Source of the DNA: Gemmatimonadota bacterium
GTDB lineage: Bacteria > Gemmatimonadota > Gemmatimonadetes > Gemmatimonadales > GWC2-71-9
NCBI GenBank assembly: GCA_039586365.1
Contig: JBDHKN010000001.1
Location: 160,001-224,000 of the forward strand
DNA: 64,000 nucleotides
Direction: 5' to 3'
Each line of letters begins with the position of its first letter. Within the stretch, counting starts at the first letter, position 1. The position numbers and the translations under genes are program-made. The notes under the pieces were generated by a model. It saw only the letters and a list, made by a program, of their open reading frames with translations. It was not told the DNA's origin and did not search any database. Shown here piece by piece: positions 49,072 to 57,605 of the stretch.

Positions 49072-49747
49072 TAGCTTCTGGACAGTGGCCTGGGCAGTCG
49101 CAGCTAAGGATCTGAAGATCGAATGGCGCACGAAGACGGCATTCGCGTCGTCGATCGTGTTTGCTGTGTTGGTCTTGGCCGTGTTCTACTTTGCGCGTGA
49201 CCCAACTGCGGTGGCGGCGCTGGACATTGCACCGGGGGCCCTGTGGGTGACGTTCACGTTCGCGGCGATGCTCGGTCTGAATCGTGCGTTCCTGCTCGAA
49301 AAAGAAAATCGGGCGCTGGATGGGATCCTGTTGGCGCCCGTGCCCAGGTCTGCGGTCTTCCTGGGCAAGCTCGTGGGCAACCTGGCGTTCGTGGCGGTGG
49401 TGGAGTTCGTATCACTGCCGCTATTCGTGCTGTTCTACGACCTGGCAATTTGGCGTCAGCTCCCGACGCTGATTGGCGTTATGGCGATGGCAACCGTTGC
49501 CTTTGTCTCCGTAGGTACTCTCCTCAGCTCAATGGTGGTCCGTACGCGGTTTGCCGAACTGATGCTGCCCATTCTCTTGCTGCCGTTCCTGATCCCTCCG
49601 GTGGTGGGTGCCGTGCAGCTCACGTCGCGAGTCCTAGCGGAGCGGCCCTTGAGCGACCTCGTCGGGTGGCTTAAGTTGCTCGCTTCGTTCGACATCATAT
49701 TCGTCGCACTTTGTTTCTTCTTGTTCGAGGCGACCTTAGAGGAATGA
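49064..49747 (+). CDS. ccmB: Heme exporter permease
   Basis: KDLKIEWR, ALWV and LLLPFLIP motifs; start moved to ATG 49064. Confidence 0.9.
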   Translation: MPSSFWTVAWAVAAKDLKIEWRTKTAFASSIVFAVLVLAVFYFARDPTAVAALDIAPGALWVTFTFAAMLGLNRAFLLEKENRALDGILLAPVPRSAVFLGKLVGNLAFVAVVEFVSLPLFVLFYDLAIWRQLPTLIGVMAMATVAFVSVGTLLSSMVVRTRFAELMLPILLLPFLIPPVVGAVQLTSRVLAERPLSDLVGWLKLLASFDIIFVALCFFLFEATLEE

Positions 49748-50448
49748 CCCGACGCGAAGGTGCTGTGTCTCTGGCTCGCCGAGGCCAGGCGATCATGGCG
49801 ATCGCCCTACTTGGGCTCGTAGGCGTGTACGTGCGAGCGCTGGTGTTCACACCAATCGAGCGGACACAGGGCCCAGCACAGAAGATCTTCTACGTCCACG
49901 CTCCAGCGGCATGGGCTGCCCTGCTGGCCTTTGCGGTGGCGGGAATTCTCAGCTTGATCTATCTGTGGCTGAGGGAGCGCAAGCTGGACACCATTGCGGA
50001 ATCCTCAGCGGAGGTCGGGCTGGCGTTTTCGATCGTAATGCTCACGACCGGGCCCATTTGGGGCAAGCCCATCTGGGGTACTTGGTGGAGTTGGGATGCA
50101 CGACTGACATCGACTCTATTCATCTTCCTCCTCTTCGTGGGCTACAAGGTCTTGCGGGGTGCCATTGTAGATCCGGAAATGCGGGCTCGCTATTCGGCCG
50201 TAATCGGGATCATGGCACTGGTATTGGTGCCGTTCATTCACATGACGGTCTACTTGTTCCGTACGCTTCATCCCGACCCCGTTCTGATGAAACCCGGTCG
50301 GCCCGCACTCCCGGGGGTAATGCTCATCACGTTGCTCATATCGATTGGAGTATTTACGCTGCTTTATGTGGGGTTTCTGATGCAACGCTATGCTCTGGCG
50401 GTGTTGCGAGACGTCCGGGAGGAGGAGGCCGCAAGTGCAATACCCTGA
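49744..50448 (+). CDS. ccmC: Heme chaperone/exporter CcmC
   Basis: IFYVHAP, WGKPIWGTWWSWDARLT (WWD domain) and TLHP motifs; ATGA coupling. Confidence 0.93.
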   Translation: MTRREGAVSLARRGQAIMAIALLGLVGVYVRALVFTPIERTQGPAQKIFYVHAPAAWAALLAFAVAGILSLIYLWLRERKLDTIAESSAEVGLAFSIVMLTTGPIWGKPIWGTWWSWDARLTSTLFIFLLFVGYKVLRGAIVDPEMRARYSAVIGIMALVLVPFIHMTVYLFRTLHPDPVLMKPGRPALPGVMLITLLISIGVFTLLYVGFLMQRYALAVLRDVREEEAASAIP

Positions 50449-50545
50449 TAACGGTGCCTACATGGTCGCCGCATACATCATTGTGGCAGTGGTGGTGTTG
50501 CTCTACGGAATTTCACTAGCAGTCAGAATTAAGAAGGAGCGCTAG
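50435..50545 (+). CDS. ccmD: Small membrane protein CcmD (36 aa); not in the ORF track
   Basis: GGAGGAGG SD; MQYPDNGAYMVAAYIIVAVVVLLYGISLAVRIKKER*; AY motif, one transmembrane helix and basic tail directly after ccmC. Confidence 0.75.
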   Translation: MQYPDNGAYMVAAYIIVAVVVLLYGISLAVRIKKER

Positions 50546-50575
50546 TCACAGTCTGGATGTGTGAGTGAGTTCCGC

Positions 50576-51061
50576 TCATGGCAGATCAGAAGTAGTGGCG
50601 TATTGACCGCGATAGTGCAGCAGGGGTGATCTGTCGGAATGCGTGCCTCCGGTGACCCGGCCCAAGAAGATCGTGTGATCGCCTGCCGGTACAGCCTGCC
50701 ACGGTTCACACACGATCTGTGCCACAACCCCATCGATCAGCGGTACCCCGTCAGGCCCCTCACGCTGATTGACATTGTAGAACCGATTCTCGGGGGCGCC
50801 GCTGAATTGCCGCGATAAGTTCTCCTGGCCCTTGGCCAGCGCATTCACCACGAACACAACTGCGCGGCGCATCAGCTCGTGCAATGGATCATTGTGGTTC
50901 ACGCATACCAACAGCAGAGGCGGTTCGAGCGACACTGCGGATACTGCGCTCGCCGTCATCGCCCCCACCTGTCTCCTGTGGTCAACGGCGGTGATCACCG
51001 TCACTCCAGATGCTACGTGACCCAAGAGCGTGCGGAAGCCTCGCGGTGTAACGGACTGCAT
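50576..51061 (-). CDS. Flavin reductase family protein
   Basis: GVTVIT, VSLEPPLLLVC and GDHTIFLG motifs. Confidence 0.92.
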   Translation of the reverse strand: MQSVTPRGFRTLLGHVASGVTVITAVDHRRQVGAMTASAVSAVSLEPPLLLVCVNHNDPLHELMRRAVVFVVNALAKGQENLSRQFSGAPENRFYNVNQREGPDGVPLIDGVVAQIVCEPWQAVPAGDHTIFLGRVTGGTHSDRSPLLHYRGQYATTSDLP

Positions 51062-51117
51062 GGTCGCTGTGGCCTTGCCTTTAGGTGCGATCTGTCAACC
51101 AAGCCTGCCAAGAGAAA

Positions 51118-51885
51118 TCACAACAAATGCCAAGCCGCCAGGGCTGTCATAGCTCCCACCCCGGTCGCGACCAGGTTTACGGCATCGTTGTCAAACCAGG
51201 CGAGTCCTCGGGTAGCACGTGCGTATCTTCCACAAACATGACGTCGCTGTTCTGTCTTGGCACGGCATGCGTCACAGTAATACGCCGCTTGGATCGAGGC
51301 ACCGAACCATGAGTCGGTGAACATCCCCAGGATTCCTCCAACTAGGGCGGCAACACTCGCGTTTGCAGACGCCCCAAGGCATAACGCCAGAGCCGCTGTC
51401 GTGGCGGCACCGCTGACTCCACCGAGTGTGCCGGTGACCGATATTCCTCCGGATGTACCGTGGGGTACCGGTTCTCCGGTGCTCATCAGCCGAGGCCGTG
51501 TGCGTGACCAGGCGCCGATTTCGGTCGCCCAGGTGTCGGCTTGGGCGGCGGATAGGGCCCCCGCAAAGAGTGGCCAGCCGCCAGCCGCCGCTGGTATAAA
51601 CGCGGCCACCGCCGCCCATGCACTGTTGGCAATTACCTGGCGTGCGTTTCGCCCAGATGTCTGAAATCCGTAGCGTCCGGAAGAGACCCGCCGGGACAGT
51701 CTCGTAAGGAGACTCCCCGAAACGAAGAACAGCCCCAAAAGGGCTGCTCCGCTGAAGCCTCGACCGACGAGCACTCCAGTTCCAACCAGTACTGCAGCAA
51801 GGGTGCCCGAAGTTGTGAGCCAGCCCAGCCCCCACCCAGCGAGTGCAAACCCTGCTGCAACTACCGCCGCGCTGGCTGGGCTCAC
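51118..51885 (-). CDS. DUF92-family membrane protein
   Basis: RNARQVIAN, ADTWATEIG, GTSGGIS and DNDAVN motifs. Confidence 0.88.
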   Translation of the reverse strand: MSPASAAVVAAGFALAGWGLGWLTTSGTLAAVLVGTGVLVGRGFSGAALLGLFFVSGSLLTRLSRRVSSGRYGFQTSGRNARQVIANSAWAAVAAFIPAAAGGWPLFAGALSAAQADTWATEIGAWSRTRPRLMSTGEPVPHGTSGGISVTGTLGGVSGAATTAALALCLGASANASVAALVGGILGMFTDSWFGASIQAAYYCDACRAKTEQRRHVCGRYARATRGLAWFDNDAVNLVATGVGAMTALAAWHLL

Positions 51886-52145
51886 TCAGATTCGGTCCGG
51901 TCCTTGTCGTAGAGTACTCTTTCGAAAACTCGGCGTCTGAGGTGCTCTGGCGCTGCTTTGGCTTGGGTGCGGGCCCGCAGGAACGCCAGGTAGGCTTCCT
52001 CGAACTCGCACAGCTTGAAGCACACCGCGCAATCAGCGAGATGGGCGCGGACGGCTGCCTCTACTTCGGCTGTGAGCTCGCCGTCCAAGTACTCGTACAG
52101 CCGAGTCGCTGCTGCATGGCAGTCAATGGTCTGGGGGGGCTTCAT
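51882..52145 (-). CDS. Soluble zinc anti-sigma factor (RsrA-like)
   Basis: C...LYEYLDGEL...HLADCAVC; no transmembrane helix. Confidence 0.88.
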   Translation of the reverse strand: MKPPQTIDCHAAATRLYEYLDGELTAEVEAAVRAHLADCAVCFKLCEFEEAYLAFLRARTQAKAAPEHLRRRVFERVLYDKDRTESE

Positions 52146-52708
52146 CGCTCTGCCCTCTTGATGTAGCCCATCTCGATTGCATAGTCGTACAGAACCTTTT
52201 GTAAGGCTTGACGGGCCCGGAAGAGACGTGATTTGACGGTGCCAATTGGTACAGCCGTGATCTCCGAGATCTCGGCATAGGAGAGTTGTTCTATGTCGCT
52301 CAGCACGAGAGTCTCACGGAACTCCTCTGGAAGCGCGTCGATCGCTCGCAGCACTTCTTCGTCCACTATTTGCTCGAAGAAGTGCCCCTCCGGGTCGACC
52401 TCCTGGACTTGATGAAAGACGGTGTAGCTCTCGATCTGGTCCACATCCACCGTCGGTCCAATCCGCTTGGCTTTGCGATACCGGTTTATGAACGTGTGCC
52501 GCAAGATCGTGAGTAGCCATGCTTTGACGTTGGTGCCACTCTTGTATTGGTGCCAGGACCGGTACGCCTTTAGCATAGTCTCCTGGGTGAGTTCCTCCGC
52601 TTCGCTCTGATCACCAGCAAGTCGGAGTGCGACCCGGTATACGGTGTCGAGGTGCGGCAGCGCCTCGGTATCGAAGGCGCGTCGGGAATCACTAGATACG
52701 GTGGACAA
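52142..52708 (-). CDS. ECF sigma factor (SigR/SigH-like)
   Basis: AEELTQET.LKAY, GTNVKAWL.TIL and SYAEI...PIGTVKSRLFRAR motifs. Confidence 0.92.
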   Translation of the reverse strand: MSTVSSDSRRAFDTEALPHLDTVYRVALRLAGDQSEAEELTQETMLKAYRSWHQYKSGTNVKAWLLTILRHTFINRYRKAKRIGPTVDVDQIESYTVFHQVQEVDPEGHFFEQIVDEEVLRAIDALPEEFRETLVLSDIEQLSYAEISEITAVPIGTVKSRLFRARQALQKVLYDYAIEMGYIKRAER

Positions 52709-52860
52709 CAGTTAGCTTCCCTGGCGAAGGAGAAACCGATAAGCTCCGAGATTGTTGATACGATAGAATGGCTAGCTGGGCGGCCTCGCGCAACAGCCCT
52801 GGCCTATCTGTTTGGGCGTGACTAACTTGCGCGCCGACTCGAACCGTCAGTGCCAATTCG

Positions 52861-53466
52861 GTGGATACGAAACGCGTCAGTGCTATCGTACCTCTGGCAA
52901 TTCTCCAGACGGTGCGCCATTTGGATCAGCGAGTACCCGAAGGTCTCGACGAATACCGTCGGCTAGGGAACAGCACGACGGTGGCAGCTGAGATCGAAAG
53001 GTACCGCAAGCTGGTGCGTGGCGGCGCAGACGTGGCCGCCGAGGAAGTCGTCCAGCTGTTCCGTCTGATAGCACGCCGTCCAGATGCAGGCCTGGCTTTT
53101 AGCGACGCCGGTAGACGGGCGGCACACGAAGCTGCTGAGGGGCTATCGGTGGCCACGCGTTGTGCGCTTCGTGTTGCGCCGCCGTTCCTGCGCCGGAGGC
53201 TGGGGCTCGCCAGCGCCATGCGGATTGCCGTCCGCGTGTTCGGAATCAACATGGTAATCGACGAACACGACGGTATTGTGGCTGACGCGGATCTTCCCTC
53301 TGCCCACGGGTCCCCGGACGGCACAGGCTGCGGCTTCTTTGCTGCGGCACTTGCCGAGCTCCTGCGCATGCTGACAGACTTCGACGGGGCCATGGTTCAC
53401 GCTGCCTGTCGTACCCGGGGGGACGGCACCTGCAGGTGGCATACTGGTAAGAACTTACGGTGGTGA
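52861..53466 (+). CDS. Hypothetical protein with a V4R-like C-terminal domain
   Basis: GCGFFAAALAELL...HAACRTRGDGTCRW Cys pattern. Confidence 0.65.
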   Translation: MDTKRVSAIVPLAILQTVRHLDQRVPEGLDEYRRLGNSTTVAAEIERYRKLVRGGADVAAEEVVQLFRLIARRPDAGLAFSDAGRRAAHEAAEGLSVATRCALRVAPPFLRRRLGLASAMRIAVRVFGINMVIDEHDGIVADADLPSAHGSPDGTGCGFFAAALAELLRMLTDFDGAMVHAACRTRGDGTCRWHTGKNLRW

Positions 53467-53469
53467 CAA

Positions 53470-54639
53470 ATGACAGCGTTGGATCGAATCGACTTCGCTG
53501 AACTGCGTGCGGTCCTCGGTGAGCTTGGTGTTGATGGCTGGCTGATCTTCGATTTTCATGGGGTCAACCCTGTTGCAGGGCGGCTGGTCGGCTACGAGGG
53601 TATGGTGACGCGACGACTCTTCATATGGCTGCCGGCAACAGGATCGCCCAAGTCAATCGTGCATACCATCGACGCCCCTGCCGTGGGTGACCTGCCGGGC
53701 GAGATCTTGCTTTACACTAGATGGTCAGAGCTGCACCAGCTCCTCGAGAAGACGGTGGGTGGCAAGCGCGCAGCAATGGAGATATCGCCTGAAGACGCGG
53801 TGCCCTATTTGGACCGGGTTCCGGCTGGTGTCATCGAGTTGTTGTACAAGTTTGGTGTTGCCGTGACCCCATCCGACCAGCTGGTCACGCGGTTTGCCTC
53901 CCGCTGGTCTCTGACCGAAATGGAAGACCATCGCCGAGCGGCGGAAGCATTGGCTCGAATTGCCCAAGAGACGCTGCAAACCGTCGTCGGCCAAGTTGGC
54001 GCGGTCACTGAGTACCAGGTTCAGCGACGGGTCATCGCAGCGATGTCTGCGGAGGGGCTGGCGATTGAGGATCCGCCCATTGTGGCTTTCGGAGCCAACG
54101 CTGCCAATCCGCACCACGATCCCAAGGAAACTGACGAACGAGTGCTGGGACCTGACGAAGTCGTACTACTTGACCTCTGGGGCCAGACTCCCTCTACGGT
54201 GTGGGCTGACCAGACTTGGATGGGTTTTTCAGGTGGTGCTCCACCGGACGAGGTGGTCGCTGTATGGGAAGCGGTTCGCGATGCACGGGACGCCGCAGTT
54301 CAACGCCTGCGCCAAGCGCACGTCACCGGAGAACAGGTAACCGGTGCCCTGTTGGATGAAGCGGCGCGAGGCCTGCTTCGTGAGCGCGGATACGCAGAAT
54401 CGTTCACGCACAGAACCGGGCACTCTATCGACGGTGACATACACGGATCGGGTCCGCACCTGGACAACTTCGAGACGAACGATATCAGACAGCTCATTCC
54501 AGGTGTGGTGTTCTCGGTCGAACCCGGTGTCTACCTCAAAGGTAGGTTCGGGGTGCGGAGCGAGATTAACGTCATACTCGGGACTGGCGGGCCCGAAGTT
54601 ACACCGCGCACTCCGCAGCAGACTCTGATCGTTGCGTAG
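53470..54639 (+). CDS. M24-family (Xaa-Pro) aminopeptidase
   Basis: ANPH, LLDLW, ADQT, HRTGHSI, FSVEPGVY and GVRSE metal-ligand motifs. Confidence 0.92.
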   Translation: MTALDRIDFAELRAVLGELGVDGWLIFDFHGVNPVAGRLVGYEGMVTRRLFIWLPATGSPKSIVHTIDAPAVGDLPGEILLYTRWSELHQLLEKTVGGKRAAMEISPEDAVPYLDRVPAGVIELLYKFGVAVTPSDQLVTRFASRWSLTEMEDHRRAAEALARIAQETLQTVVGQVGAVTEYQVQRRVIAAMSAEGLAIEDPPIVAFGANAANPHHDPKETDERVLGPDEVVLLDLWGQTPSTVWADQTWMGFSGGAPPDEVVAVWEAVRDARDAAVQRLRQAHVTGEQVTGALLDEAARGLLRERGYAESFTHRTGHSIDGDIHGSGPHLDNFETNDIRQLIPGVVFSVEPGVYLKGRFGVRSEINVILGTGGPEVTPRTPQQTLIVA

Positions 54640-54736
54640 TTAGGGGGCAGCTGAGGCCCCGGCCTCCCAATCAGCCACCCTCACGACCGCAACTCGGTCG
54701 GCGAGACACTGTGAGGCCGAGCGTCAGGTGCGGGTC

Positions 54737-55636
54737 TCAAGCTACTACTCGTTCTCCCTTGGCTGACACAAGCCAGACCGCGTAGACCAGAGCGACCCAC
54801 ACCGCTGTTCCAACTGCCACGTGCACCCCGCGCCAGACGGGTGGCAGGTAGCTGAGAACCATCGCTGCAGCCACTATCACCTGGGCGATCGTGATTCCCA
54901 AAGCAGACCACACGGCTGTTCGAAGCCGATCCGGGACGGTTCTCTTGCGGAGCCCGATGCTCACTCCGATCAGGTGCAGGAACAGCGCATAGGCCAAGAG
55001 CCGATGCATCCAATGGACATGCGGCAGCCCGCTTCCTCCCGATGCGGGCCAGATCTGCCCGTTGCAGAGCGGGAATCCTTGACAGGAGGGGCCTGCCCCA
55101 AGGTTGGCAGTGAGGCCACCGAGGAGTATCACAGCTAGGGCCAATCCGGCTGCTGAGGTGATCGAGCCGCGCGCGAGAGACGTGGCCTGGCGCGCGCAGC
55201 CAGTGCGAAGCCCTGTCACCAGTAAAGCGGCGAGCAGTGCCATCGCTATGCCGAGGTGGAGAACCACGCTGACAGGCGGCAGCTCGAGCCAGACGGTGAC
55301 TGCGCCGAGGAGTACCTGCACGAGGAGCAGCACTGCTGCAGCGAGCGCGGGCCCGATTGTGCCATCAGGTCCCGAGCCGCCCGGCAATCGGCGGTTCCGC
55401 ACGGCCACTACGGCGACCAAGACGGTCAAAGCACTCAATGCCAGTGCAACCAGCCTGTGAGTCCACTCGAGGACTGCTTTTGCATCGTCCAGCGGGGGAA
55501 TCAAACGGCCATTGCACAGTGGCCAGTTGTCGCCGCAACCCAAGCCGGCGTCGGTGATTCGTACGACCGCGCCGAGGACAATCAAGCCATAGGCACATAC
55601 CACTGCGGTGAACGATAGGGTCTTCAGTGTCTTCAT
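54737..55636 (-). CDS. ctaA: Heme A synthase (COX15/CtaA)
   Basis: GLGCGDNWPLCNG, EWTHR, VLHL, CQGFPLCNG and HWMHR motifs. Confidence 0.9.
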   Translation of the reverse strand: MKTLKTLSFTAVVCAYGLIVLGAVVRITDAGLGCGDNWPLCNGRLIPPLDDAKAVLEWTHRLVALALSALTVLVAVVAVRNRRLPGGSGPDGTIGPALAAAVLLLVQVLLGAVTVWLELPPVSVVLHLGIAMALLAALLVTGLRTGCARQATSLARGSITSAAGLALAVILLGGLTANLGAGPSCQGFPLCNGQIWPASGGSGLPHVHWMHRLLAYALFLHLIGVSIGLRKRTVPDRLRTAVWSALGITIAQVIVAAAMVLSYLPPVWRGVHVAVGTAVWVALVYAVWLVSAKGERVVA

Positions 55637-55725
55637 GAGCAAGAAAGTACTGCGGGGGGCCGCGAGCCGTAAGCAGGGAGCAGGTCTGTCAGTCCGATAC
55701 TGCTAACCGCTGACGGCTCGCTACC

Positions 55726-57141
55726 TCACAGTAGAAACCCGAATGTTAGGAACAGTACTGTGGCTCCCCCAGCGGCGATCAGCGCGTACGGCAGCTGTGT
55801 TCGCACGTGATCAATATGGTCCGTGGCCGAGGCCATCGACGCCACTATAGTCGTGTCTGAAATGGGTGAGCAGTGGTCCCCAAATATCCCGCCGCCTAAC
55901 GCTGCAGCGACCGTGAGAGCTGGGTGGAGGCCCACGACCTCGATCATCGGCATCACTATAGGGATCATGATGGCGAAAGTGCCCCAGGAGGTCCCGGTCG
56001 AGAAGGCGATGAAGCATGCCAGCAAGAACACCAATGCAGGGACGAACCCGGGGTTGAGAGACCTCCGTGCCAAATCAGCTACAAACTCCCCGGTCCCGAG
56101 CGCCCTTGTCGTAGCTCCGATTGCGAACGCTAATGAAAGAACGATGACCACCGGTATCAGTCCTTGAATTCCCTTGAGCACATGGTCTGTGGACTCCTTG
56201 ATCGTCATTATCCCCTGCACCCGGTACCCGACGACGGCGACCAGCAGGCCGACGATCACCCCCCACAGCACAGCTTGGGACCCGCTGCCACTGCGGATGT
56301 TGCCGTCGCCGGTAAACCACAAGACGATGGGGACCGTCACCACCATGACCGATATCGGTAGCACCATGTTGCTCGCCCTGAGTGGGGTGCCTTGCTTCGG
56401 CTGGGTCATAGTGACGTCGGCCGAGACCATTGGTTCGGCACCGTCGCGCAGCAGCTTACCCTCTTCAGCAACCCTTCTTTCGGCCTCTTTCATCGGACCG
56501 ATGTCCCAGCCGGTTATGACCACCGTGATGGCAAGCAGGATGGCGAGAATCGCGTAGAAATTGAGTACCAGAGCCCCTGCCAGCAGGGCATTGACGTTGG
56601 TGACACCTTGCGCGAGCAAGAGGCCCGCGATATAGGCGCCCCATGCGTTGAGTGGGATGAGGATCAGTTTGGGTGCACAAGTGGCGTCGATGATATACGC
56701 GAGCTTCTCGCGGGAAATCCGGCATCTGTCGAACAGCGGGCGTGCGACGGATCCTGACACGAGGAGGCTGAATGTAGACTCTAAGAAGACCCCAAAGCTC
56801 ACGAGAATTGTCAGCAGGCCGACCGAGCGCTGTGACTTCGCCAGTCCGCGGTTATCGATCCAACCGACGAACCCGTCGGTGCCACCAGACGCCTGTGTTA
56901 GCGTGATCATGGCTCCGATCAGGGAGCTGAACATCAGGACTCTGGCGTTGTCGGGGTTTGTGACCTGCTCCACAAAGGCCTCCACCGACTGAATCAGGCC
57001 AGTCACCGGATTCCACGAACTCATGATGGTCCAGCCCAACCACACAAAGAGACCCAAGGAGAGGTAGACCTGTTTGGTCTTGATCGCGAGAGCGATGGCG
57101 ACGACAGGCGGTAGGATGGAAAGCCAGCCGAACGTCTCCAT
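55726..57141 (-). CDS. NhaC-family (IT superfamily) transporter
   Basis: WLSILPP, ISREKLAYIID, FSTGTSWGTFAIM and GDHCSPISDTT...HVRTQLPY motifs. Confidence 0.92.
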   Translation of the reverse strand: METFGWLSILPPVVAIALAIKTKQVYLSLGLFVWLGWTIMSSWNPVTGLIQSVEAFVEQVTNPDNARVLMFSSLIGAMITLTQASGGTDGFVGWIDNRGLAKSQRSVGLLTILVSFGVFLESTFSLLVSGSVARPLFDRCRISREKLAYIIDATCAPKLILIPLNAWGAYIAGLLLAQGVTNVNALLAGALVLNFYAILAILLAITVVITGWDIGPMKEAERRVAEEGKLLRDGAEPMVSADVTMTQPKQGTPLRASNMVLPISVMVVTVPIVLWFTGDGNIRSGSGSQAVLWGVIVGLLVAVVGYRVQGIMTIKESTDHVLKGIQGLIPVVIVLSLAFAIGATTRALGTGEFVADLARRSLNPGFVPALVFLLACFIAFSTGTSWGTFAIMIPIVMPMIEVVGLHPALTVAAALGGGIFGDHCSPISDTTIVASMASATDHIDHVRTQLPYALIAAGGATVLFLTFGFLL

Positions 57142-57605
57142 AGAGTGCACCTGTTCCCCTGTGAGTGCGGGTTTCTGACACCGCGCCGAGCCTGGGGCTG
57201 CCCTCGGCGGACCGACCGAAGGTAACGGTAGGGGAGGCAGCTGCCAATTAGCGCTGAGGGGGGCTTCACGTCTCCAGGCGCTCCGTGGTGCGGCGCAGTT
57301 AGGTGTGAAATCCTCGTGCGAACATCCGTTCAGGTTGGTGGCGTTGCTGGGGCAGCGAGAGTTCCCAATACTCGCTCCAGAGCCTAGAACGTGGATTTGG
57401 CAAACCAGCCGAGGAGACGTCCATGGGCACCGCAGATCAAGTCACCAAGCCCTTACTTGACGGAGTCCGAAACGCGACTCAGACTTTACTCTGCCCTTGT
57501 CAACGCAGTTAGTCATTGCTCAGGAATCTTCAGTTGTTAGTCGGACTCTCTCCAAGATCAGACCAACTATTGTTGGATCAGCCTTTGTATGGAAGGAGGC
57601 TATGT

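Noticed and set aside
57301..57314. AGGTGTGAAATCCT resembling part of a cobalamin riboswitch upstream of a TonB-dependent receptor
   Set aside because: The other conserved elements (GGGAA, GCCACTG, B12 box) are not present in the right order
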